DNA from: Anthoceros angustus
Taxonomy: Eukaryota; Plantae; Anthocerotophyta
Assembly: GCA_010909165.1 (NCBI GenBank)
Contig: MU008177.1
Span: 620,001-684,000 of the forward strand
DNA: 64,000 nt
Direction: 5' to 3'
In this document: piece by piece, positions 1-12,744 of the stretch
Layout of the letters: each line of letters begins with the position of its first letter
Numbering within the stretch: position 1 is the stretch's first letter
Program-made: the position numbers and the translations under genes
The notes under the pieces: model-generated
What the model was told of the DNA's origin: nothing
Database searches by the model: none
Seen by the model: the letters and a program-made list of their open reading frames with translations, nothing else

Positions 1-716
1 TCGCCCCACAACCAAATCCTTCGTACCTAGACACAGTTTGAGCACAGTGTAAAACAGAGACTGGGAAATGGCAAAGTCTGTCCGCGCCAGAGATTCCAGG
101 GCTCCAACGGCCAATCCTTCACGCCTTATCGGGAGAGCTCCTCCAGGAAGGAGAGGGAGCAATACCCATATGCAAATCCAAGGAGAGCAGCTGCTCATCA
201 GCCCAAGCTGGCTTCATCATGTTGTTTAACCACAGGACCTCGCCCGACCCCCTTACGCCGGACATCTGGCAAACGGGAGCTCTTCTTATCTCGTCTGTAG
301 TCCCACCACATGGTAGCTTCCAGAAAACATTGTTGCCACAAGTCAAGCGCTCCTGCTCCTCCTGGCAACGACCATGGCTGGAAACCCTAAACCCAACCAC
401 ACTTTTCCTCGGAAGTGGAAGTGCTGGACGGCTTAAGCTGCTGGACCTAGAGGCTTCATGGTTTGCGAAGGGGTGACTCCCCGAGATGAGGTGAGCGTGA
501 GCTCCTGATAGAATCCCTGTAGCGGGAGCGACGGAAAACTAATTCAAGTTCCCGTCGACCTAATTGTCGTGGCAAATCCCGTGGCGATACTGCTCGCCCT
601 TGGTTCGTTTCAGTTGAGAATGAGAGCGGAGAGAGCGCTCTGCTCAAAGCAGGGCACGCGGTAAGAGATGAAAGATTGAAGGCTGGGGAGGATGCACGTA
701 TGCTGATCGTGCTCCA

Positions 717-1672
717 GTGATGGATGAGGTTGCAGCGCATTGTCCTTTTGCAGTTCAGAGGCCTGGTGGAGGGAAATTTTCTTTCAATGACTTGGAATGG
801 CAGCAATCCTCATACAAGCATCCATCTTGTCCTGGCCAAGACAAACAACGACAGCTAGCTTACATCCCTTGGACCAGAGTGCAGGATTTCATAGAGGGCA
901 TGAACGCATTGCCCACATTTACAAAGATGGCCAGTAATTGCTCAAGTAACTTTATACGAAACTATGCACGTGGATGTTTTTGGAAGAGTGTGTCATGGCC
1001 CGGAGTACGTAGGCATGCCAAGAGATGTTTCTGGAAGAGTGTGTCATGGCCCGGAGTACGTAGGCATGCCAAGAGATGTCAAGGCTCCTCACTTGAGTGC
1101 TGACAAGAAGGCACGGGTGAAACATGGTTAATGGCTCTGTGCACGTACACATCTTACACATCGTGCTTGGCTCCGTAATCTTATTAAGAAAGTCCAAAAC
1201 AAGGTAGACAAGGAAGCCATATAGCAGGAATTAGGTGAACTGATGTACGTGAAGGGCTTCAGCACATTAATTCGAGATACAATTCGGGAGGGTAAGCAGT
1301 TGCTATTTTCCTTCTATGCCAAGTGGGAGAAACGACAACCCGCGTTCATGGGCTATTTCAGAACAACTTGGGTGCACGACTAGGTTAGTCCATATCTCCA
1401 TCCTTGTATTCTCCCTTTTCAAGCTTGTGCACATACACATCTTCACAAGGCCTATTTTGATTGCAGGCATGTTCATAAAAAATGTCCGCATGCTTCCGCA
1501 TGCAGGGCAAGACTATGCCTCTGCTATAGAGGCATGGCATCAGTTTTTTAAGTAGAAACTTAGTCTTACAAGGGCATCTCTTGCTGGCAGATGAGTAGAC
1601 TGGCTGTTACATCAATTGTGCTTCGTAATTGCATCCCATTATTGGTATGTGAACCATTGCAAAGAAGGAGAT
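717..1672 (+). pseudogene. MULE-type transposase / SWIM zinc-finger family pseudogene, 5' part
   Basis: Motifs LAYIPWTRVQDFIEG, HRAWLRNLIKKV, LPHAGQD..AIEAWH, R*VDWLLHQL..HYW typical of plant MULE-derived SWIM proteins; stops, frameshifts and a 51 bp tandem duplication (~973-1079). Confidence 0.75.
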
Positions 1673-2369
1673 GTAGACTGTGGGCTCTCCCCTTGGATAG
1701 GTAATAAGCTAGGTTTTTGTTTTTTTCGTAAGTGTGGAGTGGAAAATAAGGCGAAAAGGGAGAAATAAGGCCGGAGTAACCTCGGTCTGCACTCCGGAGT
1801 AGACAGAGAGACTCCGGACCGCACTCCAGAGCGGCTATGGACGGCACTCCGGAGCGGTTACGGACCGCACTCCGGAGGAAACCGCGGTAAGTCCGGACTG
1901 CACTCCGGAGTAAGTTGTGATAAGTACGCCAGGAAAGGTAACTTTGGAACGGGGGGCGTATTTTGGCAAGGGGTGCCACGTGGACGGTGTTGAGAGGCGG
2001 ATGGGCATGCAGCAGGCTAGGACCGTAGGGTTGCTAGTGGCCGTTATGGGCAGGTAACCACGCTCCGGGTACATGCACCAGAGTAAGTCTAAATATGACG
2101 GTGGCGACATAAAGCTAGAGTAAGCAATGCAGACTCGGCGATTCACAGGGCAGCGAAGGACACCCCCGGCCGGTTACTCCGGCCCTCGGTCGAGCTAAGG
2201 TCATTCTCTCGAGCGACGTCACAGCGGTTTCCGATCTCTCGCTCGACACCCCTCTCTGGTCTTTTTGATAAAGCGCAATTCGAGACTCACCTCAGTGAGC
2301 GGCGCAGCGAAGGAGGAAGAAGAATTGCTCAGCCTCAAGCCCCAACAGCAAACCAAGCGGCGCACAGCT

Positions 2370-5300
2370 ATGGGGCCAAAGAAGGCGGCGGAGACTTGGG
2401 AACCCTGGCCCTTGGTGGAACGAAACATCGTCACCAAGCGCTATCCGGATTTCGGACCTTGGCTGGAGGACGCGGAGGAGCTAGTGGAGGACTGGCACCT
2501 GGATATCTTCCAGGCTGTTTGGACCTTCGACAGCGTCGCTTTAGTCCGGGAATACGCCCGGAAGATGTTGGCGGTGGTCAACAAGGAGGTCCGCTCCAAG
2601 AGTCTGAGGGAGGACCCCAGAAGGTGGACCGTGGAGGTCCTGAGGGCGGTCTACAATCGCCCAGTAGAAGAAATTGGGGGTGTAGTCCCGGAGCCCCTTA
2701 AGGTGAGGGGGAAGGTGGAAGCGGCAAGGGCGGCGCTCTTGAGGTCGGGTACGCAGCGGTCCTCGAACGGGTGGTTGATGTCGGACCTGCTAGACAGGCG
2801 GGTGAGGGCGGTGGCGAAGATCATCGTCCACTGGAATATGCTCATCAAGGTGGACCACCTTGGTGACAACTTACTGGTATTTCTCCATGCCCTACAGAGA
2901 GGTAAGAAGGCTGACTGGGGAAGAATCATCTTCGCCAGGATCAACCAGGAGGTCAGGAAGCTGCAGAGCGAGAAGCCACCCCCGTCGGCGTTATCGCCGT
3001 TCATCATCCATGTGTGGGGGCACCTTAACCTCCTGAAGGAGGGAGAGGAAGAGCGGGCGCTCCGGAAGGGTCTGGCGGCCTGAGGCGGGCGCAGGGGAGG
3101 CCGGGGGAGGTCCGCCTTCCAAGGCCAAGCGAGTCCGGAGGAGGGACGATTGGGAGGATTCCGACTCCATACGCTCGAACGGACCTCGCCACCCCGGGAA
3201 GTGTGGGAAGACATTCCTGCTTCCCTCCTTTTAGTCCCTTCAACGGAGCACCTGCAGGAGGAGGCCGTGAAGGAGGAGGCGGCCCAAGCGGCCAAGAAAT
3301 CAAGAATGACCCCGACCACTCCCGCCCGGACTAGGCGGGTGGCAGAGACTAAGACGGCTCCCACCAGCGCCCAGACGCAAGACCGGCCCTGCCCCTGCCA
3401 GAGTGGCGGAAGCGGAGGAGGAGGCCGTAAGAGAGGGATGCGCCCAGGGAGGCGAGGCCACTGGCGGCGAACACACCCAGCCCCGTCTGCCCCCAACCGG
3501 GAGAGGTAAGAGGGCCAGCTCCAGGACCCCCTCACCACCTCCAAGCCCCAAGAGAAGGCGGAGAAGGAGCTAGCGGCCAAGAGGGCCAAGGAGGTGGAAG
3601 GTCCGGACCAAAACACTCAGGACCTTAGGGTCCTGATTGGGTCCGGAGACCCTAATCCGGCCTCCCTCCGGACTGCAGTATGGCGGTCCTTAACGGACCG
3701 AGAGATGCCCGCGCCCACGACGGACTTCTTGGGTGCCTCCCCAATGGTGGCCGTGAAGGAGACGCGGCGAGTTCGCAACTGGATGGCGGTATGCTGCAGG
3801 AGGAGGCGGCGGAGGCAGAGAAGACCCAGGAAGTGGAGGCCACCAGGAGACGGATGGTGTTGCTCCAGGACCAGGTGGAGGCGGCCCAAGCGGCCAAGAG
3901 GAAGGCAGAAACCCTTGCGAGGATCGAGGAGGAGAAGCGCCGGGCGGCGGAGACGGAGGCAAGGTCCGTTCAACAAGATCGGTCCAAGATCCTTCAGCTG
4001 TGTGAACAGCTCAAGCAAGCGCAGGAGGCCCAAGCAAAGGCGGAGGACCTTTGCAGACGGAGGGAAGTGGCCCAAGAGGAGGCGGGAGGCAAGATAGGCG
4101 AGAAAAGGGCTAAGGACGCGAGGCAGCTCGGCGGGGAGCAACACCAAGCACAGGAGGCTCGGCGGGTGAGGCGCGGGCGAGGCAGCAGGAGGAGGAGGGA
4201 CCACTCACCGGCGGGACCGGGCCGGTGGAGGAGGAGGCGGAGGAGGCGGCCCAAGCAAAGGCGGAGGAGGCGGCGGGCAAGCACGGGCAACCGTGGAGAA
4301 GAGGAGGCGGCAGCAGGAGATGGAGGATCTTGAGCACGGTTGCAAGGGCGGAGGAGGCGGCCAGAGATGGAAGACCGCAAGGAGACTTTGGAGCTGCAGC
4401 TCAAGTAGCAGTGGGCAGGCAGGGACCTCAGGAAGAATTGAAGACCACGAAAGGGAGATAGAGCGGCTCCAGCTCTGTTGGAGGACGGAGGAGGTTCGGC
4501 GGCGAAACAAGGAGCGTGGAGGTCCGGACCCAGTGGAGAAGGATTTGGAGGAAGGATTTGGAGGAAGCCAGAAGCCGGGCAAAGCTGCCGGACCGCTTGG
4601 GAAGGGAGATGGCGGAACTTCAGGCAAGGATGAATGGCGGGAGGAGGCGGAGGACCTTTGCAGACGGAGGAAGTGGCCCAAGAGGAAGGCGGAAGGGGAA
4701 CGTTGCGCCATGGCCGTGAAGGAGGCGGCCCAAGCGGCCAAGAGGAGGCGGAGGCGGAGGAGGCGGAGGACCTTTGCAGACGGAGGAGGCGGCCTTGGCG
4801 GCCTCAAGAGACTCCGCTAGGCTCTAGTTGGCGGGCCTTGCACCCGAGGCCGGACCGAGGCCGGACCGAGGCCGGGCAGCCTACTGTGAGCACCTCTGGA
4901 GAAAGGAGTACCGGGTGCTCCGGGCTCATGTGGAAGAGGCAATTCAGCAAGTCGATTCAGACCTTGCCTACTACCACGCAGAGCTCCTCAAGGCCTTGGA
5001 GGTCCTGCGCCACCCCCGTCAAATCGACGGACCTCCGGATGGATCAGAGGGAGGAGGAGGAGATGAAGGCCCCGGGGATAGTACGGCCACCGGGACCTTG
5101 GGAGGCGGACCCACTCGGAGGTCGGGAGAGGACGGAGGAGGAGGCGGGAGGAGGAGGAGAGGAGGAGGCGGACAGCGGACACCACTGGGCATGAGGTAAG
5201 TTCGCCGCATCCCACTATGGAAGGAAGGGAGGGGGTCATAGAGGGGGAAGTCCCGGAGGACTTGGGACAGCGTGGAGGTCCGGTGGGCGAGGACGGACCC

Positions 5301-5650
5301 CCGGGCAGTCCTCAGGGCGAAGGAGTCCAAGAACCCGTGAGACCGGACCCTGAGGTCCGGACTCCGGAAATAAGACCGGGCCCCGAGGTCCGGACTCCAG
5401 AAGTAAGGTCGGACCCTGAAGTCCGGACCCCAGAGTGGAGACCGGACCCCGAGGTCCGGACTCCAGAAGTAAGGCCGGACCCCGAGGCCCGGACTTAGGA
5501 GGAGAGGAGGGATCACCACCAACCTGCTCAGGCGGAGCAGTCTCCTGGTGGCCCCACAGAGCAGGGACCCACTCGGAGGTCAGGAGAGGACGGAGAGGGG
5601 GACTTGGTGGTTACCGCGGTTGTCAGACCGCCGCCGGTAGCTCAACCTGA
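2370..5650 (+). pseudogene. Retrotransposon accessory-ORF-like protein: globular N-terminus (2370-3083) plus frameshifted coiled-coil and repeat region
   Basis: ADWGRIIF...PSALSPFIIHVWGHL resembles extra ORFs of plant Gypsy elements; AEEA/KEAAQAAK coiled-coil repeats appear in several frames. Confidence 0.5.
5343..5494 (+). repeat. 33 bp minisatellite, ~4.5 copies (encodes PDPEVRTPEVR)
   Basis: CCGGACCCCGAGGTCCGGACTCCAGAAGTAAG units. Confidence 0.85.
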
Positions 5651-5902
5651 CAGAGTCTCGGGAAGGGGAAGGGCCCCGCCTCGTGGATCATCCGATTGGG
5701 TGCGCCGCAGCTGTCAGGACTAGGGATTGGGCCACCAGCGCCGAGGCGGAACCATGGGCACTGAGTGTCGTCCTATCTCGTCGTCGGCGGTGGGGTGAGT
5801 CTCCCGGCTCCACCGACAGCACTCATGAGAATAGAAGGTGAATAGTAGGAGGCGGGATAGGGCTGCTTGGGCGGCCACCAGCTCAGAATAGGAGTGTAAT
5901 AA

Positions 5903-6171
5903 TAATGAAATAGATTAGGGTTAGGGCACTATTCACTAGGGTACCTATATTAATCATCTTTATCTACCTAGGGCATTAAGTAGTTACTAGTTAGTTGCTC
6001 TAGGTAGTTAGTGGTTAGGGTAGTTATAACTACTTGATGGTTACAACTACTTATGGTTGTAACCACCTAACCTCCTAACCACCTTGCCTATAAATAGGCT
6101 TTGTATTTTGTATTAAATCAATTGTCATATAAGAATCTCTTTCTCAAGAGCCTAGTGCATGATTTTCATCA
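5903..6171 (+). repeat. 5' LTR (269 bp, TA..CA termini)
   Basis: TAATGAAA...TTTTCATCA followed directly by the PBS; contains TATAAATA. Confidence 0.95.
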
Positions 6172-6183
6172 TGGTATCAGAGC
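6172..6183 (+). promoter_or_regulatory. Primer-binding site, initiator tRNA-Met
   Basis: TGGTATCAGAGC, the canonical plant tRNAiMet PBS. Confidence 0.9.
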
Positions 6184-6995
6184 ACACTGCTCCTTGTGCT
6201 TGAGCACTCTTGCTTGCTTTTGCTCAAGGCTCCTCTCTCCTCAATGCATCTGCATCTTTAGCTTTTCCAGCGAAGATCATGGAGCATGGAGACCTCGTTT
6301 TGAATAGCAACCAACTTGAGTGGAGCACAATACGTTAATGATGCACTTTTTGTGCATTCACCTCTTGTTTGCCCTCCATGGATTGTATCAATCCCAGCAA
6401 ACAAGAGTATAGGAGAAAGATCAAGGCTTCGAAGAACAAGAGACAACAACAACCCAGACTATTTGCAATTCAGGAGGAAAACTTTGATCTCAACGCTCCT
6501 GAAATTGATGTTGTTGAAGCACAAGTGTGTCGTCTCATAGAAGCCCTTGTTTCTAAGTCTAGAGATAGAGTAGGTAACATAAATCACGCTCGCAAAGATC
6601 TCCTAACTTCCTTTGACCTTTTGCAATCTAGCGCCATTGAGTCAGCTATTTTTAAGTACATTAAGCATAGGCCAAAGGTCTTCCTCCTAACCCGGATCAT
6701 CTGCAGCGATCTCTTGACTCCATTAGGCGGAAGCCGAATTCTTCATCGCTACTAATGATAGATTGAATTATCTAACTGATCAATTACATTCAATCACCGA
6801 CGGTCTTCATGAACCAGTCCTCCCAAGAGCCAATAGATCCAACTCACTTGCTTGTAAGCCTGCAGATTTTGATGACTATGCAGATGATTCCCCTTTAAAG
6901 AAATGCTATAATTGCTCACGCTTCCTCTCCGCTAATACAAGCGGGAAGTCGTCGTGTCAAGTACGGCGTAATCTGCATCAATAAACACACCTGCA

Positions 6996-7805
6996 ATGTC
7001 TGACCGGGTAGACTTCTTCGACGAGAAAGAAATTGCCGAAGAGAAGGCAAGATATATTGAAGCCCAGAAGGCTGTATGGCTCAAAGAAGAGCGAGCCAAA
7101 TGGCAAGATGAACTTGAAAAGTTCAAAGAGAAGGAGAAGAAGAAGCTGGCTAATTCTGAATCAAAGCCCACCACTTTGTTTCAAGCACACAACTTCATGG
7201 AGAAAGATAGATTCAATGGAAGAGGATATGATGTATGGCAAGACCGAGCGCAAGGAGTGTTACGTAGTCATGGCCTATGGAATATTGTCAGAGGAACCGA
7301 GACCAGACACCTTTGGGACGAAGATAAACATGAAGAATGGGACGCTAAGGACTTAAGGGCCCGAGATATCCTTCTTCAAGGTCTTACCGAATTCATGGTA
7401 CGCCAAGTTTCAGGAGCCAGCACATCTCATAATACGTGGGAGCGTCTAGCTCAATTATATGCCTCTAAAGACGGGATGAGCTTATTGACTGCTACCCGTC
7501 ATCTCCACAACCTGAAAATGAAGGAGAATGATTCCATTGATCATCATATCACTGCTTTCCGTGTTGCTAAGAATAATTTCGAAGCATCATCTGACGAGAA
7601 ACTTACCGAGAAAGCAGCTTTTATTGCTCTCCTTGCCTCCTTACCACCCTCCTATAGGTCCTTTGTGACAACACAAAATGCTGTCCTTAGAGCCGCACAG
7701 AAAGAAAAGAATGCAACTGGCTCCAATACGTTGGATATCAGCGTTGATGAATTAATTGGAGCCATTATACAGGAGGATAAACATAAGTTATGTCCAAACC
7801 CATGA
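6996..7805 (+). CDS. Copia Gag (Retrotran_gag_2/UBN2-like), truncated by an internal deletion
   Basis: RFNGRGYDVW..LRSHGLWNIV.G, W..L..LY, LKMKENDSIDHHI, LLASLPPSY motifs. Confidence 0.85.
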   Translation: MSDRVDFFDEKEIAEEKARYIEAQKAVWLKEERAKWQDELEKFKEKEKKKLANSESKPTTLFQAHNFMEKDRFNGRGYDVWQDRAQGVLRSHGLWNIVRGTETRHLWDEDKHEEWDAKDLRARDILLQGLTEFMVRQVSGASTSHNTWERLAQLYASKDGMSLLTATRHLHNLKMKENDSIDHHITAFRVAKNNFEASSDEKLTEKAAFIALLASLPPSYRSFVTTQNAVLRAAQKEKNATGSNTLDISVDELIGAIIQEDKHKLCPNP

Positions 7806-7899
7806 GAACCCAGCTGATATCCTAACTAAGTCTCTAGGACAAGATTTACAAAACAAACACATGAGAAGTTTAGGCATAGTGTATGTTAAATCACCCTAA
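7783..7899 (+). pseudogene. C-terminal remnant of Copia RNase H
   Basis: ISYVQTHENPADILTKSLG...LGIV* abuts gag; PR, IN and RT are absent. Confidence 0.85.
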
Positions 7900-8728
7900 C
7901 CTTGGTTGATTAAGAAGAAAAACTTTATTGGGCATTAAAAAAATAAAAAATAGCTTAGATCTCCTAAAGGTCAAGTATTTTGTCCAATTCATTAAGTTCT
8001 TCCTCTATCTCTACACAGTCCTCATTGTATTCTCTATCCTCCTCGCTGAGTTTCCAAAATGAACCTAGTACATATAAGTAATCAGGTTTTAATAATTTAT
8101 AGTATTAGATTTTGCACTAATTAAATGCAGTTTAATTGTGGCACTTAGGGCACTCACAATAGATGTGTTTTGTGTGCCCCTCATATTCCTCACATGGCTT
8201 ACAGCCTAGCCACTGGGGCTTCTGCATTTTCAATATCCCCAGGACATATTAATATACACATTTTTGGCTAGATCAGCTTTAGGCAATAGAGAAAATCCGG
8301 GATCTCATATGTATTCCTTTTCCCACAGCTGGGCTTCACCGGGACCGCCACCTTTATACCTCCAGTCCCAATACATTTGTCTAAACCTAAAAAAGGGGGA
8401 AATACAATTTAGTTTTAGGTTAATAAACCAAACCATATAAATAGGATAATATAGTAGGAGTTTTTTCGTTTTTAGTTTTACTAAACGCTCTTACATATTT
8501 TCTTTTCTGCTATTTCCGTTTCCCTATTTTGGTCCACTCTTTTCCTATCCGCAATCCTTACTTCCTTAAGAATTTCTTCATATCCTGTCAGCCACGAGGA
8601 AATGTCAGTCCAGTTTTATGTTGCAGACTGAAATTTCAATCAGGAGCTACTTACTTGAGGCGCAGCTTTGAAGCTTTTCAGCGTGCTCAGGATGAAGAAA
8701 TTTTTCCCGACGCACTGCACGCGACGTC

Positions 8729-11027
8729 CATGAGGGACTTCCTTCAGCAACAGGCTCCTCTGCGACAGGCTGCTCAACAATTGGTGACTTTGCAAGTTTG
8801 TGGGCAGCTGACACCTCCATCTCCTCCGAATCAATTTGGAATTTGTCATCTTCATATCCGGATCATCTTCCGAATCCGTCGATATGCACAATTGGTGGAG
8901 GCTTGAACAATGAAGCTAGATGTGGTGGCCGTTTTGCTCTCTCAGTGTCCTCACTTACGCTACGGGAGGCGGTGGAGGAAGGGCTATGTCCCTTAACACC
9001 CTTTTACCCGCATGAGAAGAACAAGATTAAGGCAACACAGGCATCAAAATTTACAGCTATTTTGGTCCGGATGCGGGATCTTGACCTCGGCACTCACGGG
9101 AGGCCCCATCGGCCTTCCTCCTCCATCAACGTTTCTCTCATTTCTTGGAGGTCTACAAGATGATTGAAGACCCCGAGCTTTGGCGGCAAGATGTCCGTGC
9201 TTCTGATGTTCCCCGACACCAGGAGCGCCTAAGGAGCTACGGGCAGTAAAGGTACACCGCCCCCAACGCCACCATGTTGTGAAGGAATTGCAGCATGGCC
9301 GTGTTCGGGTTGAGCATCCACCGGCGCCCCGGCTTGTGGACCCGCGGCGAATTTGCCGCGTGCTGCGTCGCCCGCGTGATGCGGCGCGCCCTGGCGCTTC
9401 ACGGCAGGCGGCAGCGTCGCGGCACCGCCATCTGCGGTGGTTTGGAGCTCCGTCCCGCCTCCGCTATGGAATTGAAGATGGGCGGCAATAAGCGCGCGTG
9501 TACCCCCGCCCACGATATTTAACGTGACGGGGTACCCTGACCTCACCGTATTTTCATTAATTACTTTTTTATTAATTGGTTTAAGTTCGCTTAAAACTTG
9601 TTTAGGTTCTTAAACTTATTTCCAGCTTTCTTTTCATAGCTTAAGTTTTTGATTACTTTTCTTAGGCTTATAGCTTGTTATTTAGAAAAGAGATGATTTA
9701 TTGAGGTGAAAGAACGATGGAAAGAGACCATCTAGGAAGGGACAACAAATGGGGACCCGGGGGTCGGAGTGAAGAGGAGCAACTGAGCTCCCTACCTAAA
9801 GTGACCAATCGCACCCACAATGTCATATGCGTAGAATAAACGGCCCGCAAACCATGAGGACTTCCTTCAACAGCTCACATGTGCTGCTCAACAATTGGTG
9901 ACTTTGCAAGTTTGTGGGCAGCACCGCTGGACACCTCCATCTCCTCCGAATCAATTTGGAATTTGTCATTTTCATATGCTGGATCATCTTCCGAATCCGT
10001 CGATATGCAGACAATTGGTGGAGGCTTGAACAATGAAGCTAGATGTGGTGGCCGTTTTGCTCTCTCAGTGTCCTCACTTCTGCTACGGGAGGCAGTGGAG
10101 GAAGGGCTATGTCCCCTTAACACCCTTTTACTTGCACAGGAGAAGAACAAGATTAAGGCAACACAGGCATCAAAATTTTACAGCTATTTTGGTCTGGATG
10201 CAGGATACTGACCTCTGGCACTCACAGGGGAGGCCCCATCGCTGGGCCTTCCTCCTCCATCAACGTTTCTCTCATTTCTTGGAGGTCTACAAGATGATTG
10301 AAGACCCCGAGCTTTGGCGGCAAGATGTCCGTGCTTCTGATGTTCCCCGACACCAGGAGCGCCTAAGGACTGCTTACGAAGGACAGGTAAAGGGTACACC
10401 TGCCCCCCAACGCCACCATGTTGTGAAGGAATTGCAGCATGGCCGTGTTCGGGTTGAGCATCCACCGGCGCCCCGGCTTGTGGACCCGCGGCGAATTTGC
10501 CGCGTGCGTCATGGTGGCAATCGATGACCCCGTGGGGACAACAAATGGGGACCCGGTCGCCACGGATGGCGTCACGGATGGCGTCACGGATGGCGTCGCG
10601 CCATCTGCGGTTTGGAGCTCCGTCCGGCCTCCGCTTTTGCGGGAATTGAAGATGGGCGGCAATAAGCGCGCGTGTACCCCCGCCTTATTTAATGACATAA
10701 TGGAGTGGTACGACTCACCGTATTTTCATTAATTACTTTTTATTAATTGGTTTAAGTTCTCTTAAAACTTGTTTTAGGTTCTTAAACTTATTTCCAGCTT
10801 TCTTTTCATAGCTTAAGTTTTTGATTACTTTTCTTGGGCTTATAGCTTGTTATTTAGAAAAGAGATGATTTATTGAGGTGAAAGAACGATGGAAAGAGAC
10901 CATCTAGGAAGGGACAACAAATGGGGACCCGGGGTCGGAGTGAAGAGGAGCAACCGAGCTCCCTACCTAAAGTGACCAATCGCACCCACAATGTCATATG
11001 CAGGTAGAATAAACGGCCTGCAAACCA
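8729..11027. repeat. ~1.15 kb tandem duplication inside the Copia element (copies ~8729-9853 and ~9852-11027)
   Basis: Collinear near-identical blocks from CCATGAGG(G)ACTTCCTTCA to CGGCCYGCAAACCA. Confidence 0.9.
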
Positions 11028-12655
11028 CAGAGGAAGAGGAAAAGGCATCACCCACCGCCGCCGCCTTATGGAGAATCGCTGAGAGCGCCTGAAGAGCAAT
11101 AGAAACCCGCCGGAAGTATGTGAAGTACGAGAGGGACACCAAGACTATGCCTCACAAGATGGTAAGCTTTGGCACAAGACTTGATGAATTTGTCAAAGTC
11201 CTCCCATTGCCCCATACGCTTTAGAGCAAGCGGGATAAAGAGGTGGCCCGCTTGCATCCTCGCTATACTTGCGGACCTTGAGAGCGCAGGCGGCCCGGCT
11301 GGGCGGTTGGTGATGACTGGCGGAGGTGGCGTCACGTCGGTCGATAACCACTACATCCGCCACCACAACCGGTCGCCACGGACAAGGTATAAGTCCGCCC
11401 GATTGAACGACCAGAAGAAGAGTATACTCCCGCCTCCTCCAGCCATATAGCCACTTTCGCGAGCAATGGCAAACATGACGCCACGGATGGCGCCATGAGT
11501 GGCAATCGATGACCCCGTGGGGACAACGAGCAAGGTGGACACCAGAGACGTCAAGAGCAGAGCCGCACTCACAAGTGAGGAGCGAAGAAGCCACAGCCGG
11601 AGTAGGCCGAGACGGAATCGCATCGCAGTAGTGAAGGTGGTTGGTGCGATGTGAAATCCCCGTATGCATGGGCGGGCCAGTAGCCAAGCACCGCCTCCTT
11701 CCTGTAACAAGAGCGAGCCGCCTAGTGGACTGGAGATGGAGGGGTCCCGAGGATGATCAAAAGCTCGGCCGAGCCGCCGAGCAGTAGATGCCTCGCAATC
11801 CCTAAAGCCATCGATGATAAATGTAGAGAAAGGAGGAAGTCCTTCCGAGCATCCGCCGATAACATGTCTCCGGCCCGCCTCAAGGACGATTGAGAGAGAA
11901 GGTTCCTCCTCCACACTTGATACGAGATCCTCGAGAAAGGGCTTGTCATGGAGGATGAAACGGAAGCCAAGGCGGGCGAGAGGGCCCAACTCCCAAGAAA
12001 GCCCGGGAAGAGACCTCGATGAGAGCCCCACGCCCAAATTGCACAGTGTGGATGCTTGCCAGTCGCCCCTGTGGCACTCAAAAGCCCCGAGCCCAAGATG
12101 TCCCCAAGAGTATCCATAATCTTCAGATCAAACCCCGAGCCGGACAAAAGGACCGAGACTGAGGCACAGATTTAATGAGGTACCCAAGGCGCCTAGCGAA
12201 ACAGAAGGAAAGGATTCCAAAGGCCACCTGAGCATCCTCCAGCAAAGGGAGGTCCTCAATATGGGAGAGGTCCTCTGCAAGGGCCTTGTCCAGGAAGCTC
12301 CCAATGAAGTCGGGGGAACCAAAGGGGACCCCAAGAATCCGCAGACCAAGAGCCGGAGCAATCTCCCCAGCAGGAAACTGCAGAGTAGGCAGGATCCCCG
12401 ACGGGGACCAGACGCGGCACTTGGACATCTTGACCTTCAAGCCCTGTAGCTCGGAAGAGAATATCTCAAAGGCCTCCTTGACTTTGTCCCAGGCGAGGAT
12501 GTGAGAATCGTCACAACGAAGGGAAGACACAAGGCTGCGAGAGGGCGGCCCTAGGCAGGCCCTATAGTGAGCAATAGCGAAGAGAGCACCGCCTAGCGGG
12601 TCGCCTTGCACAGTACATGGCCGATTCAAGGCCGGAGGCAGTGAGAGCACGAAGA
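10860..12655 (-). mobile_element. 5'-truncated CRE-like (RLE-type) non-LTR retrotransposon fragment, antisense within the Copia
   Basis: RT motifs VQGDPLG..LF and DD; C-terminal CECG..H..RC knuckle; RADL..DVVV restriction-like endonuclease motif; frameshifted; 3' end approximate. Confidence 0.75.
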
Positions 12656-12744
12656 GACGTTCTTGTTATTTAGTGGGAGTCTATTGACATTTTAGGCCTC
12701 ATTTTAAAGGTAGTTCTCTCACCTACGTTCATAGTGAGTGGAAG

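Noticed and set aside
5915-5926. TTAGGGTTAGGG in both LTRs, in a window that also contains POT1
   Set aside because: Only two units within a T/A/G-rich LTR; no evidence of telomere targeting or any link to POT1.
6369-6755. 128 aa ORF upstream of Copia gag
   Set aside because: Non-ATG start and no recognised domain; cannot be distinguished from leader sequence.
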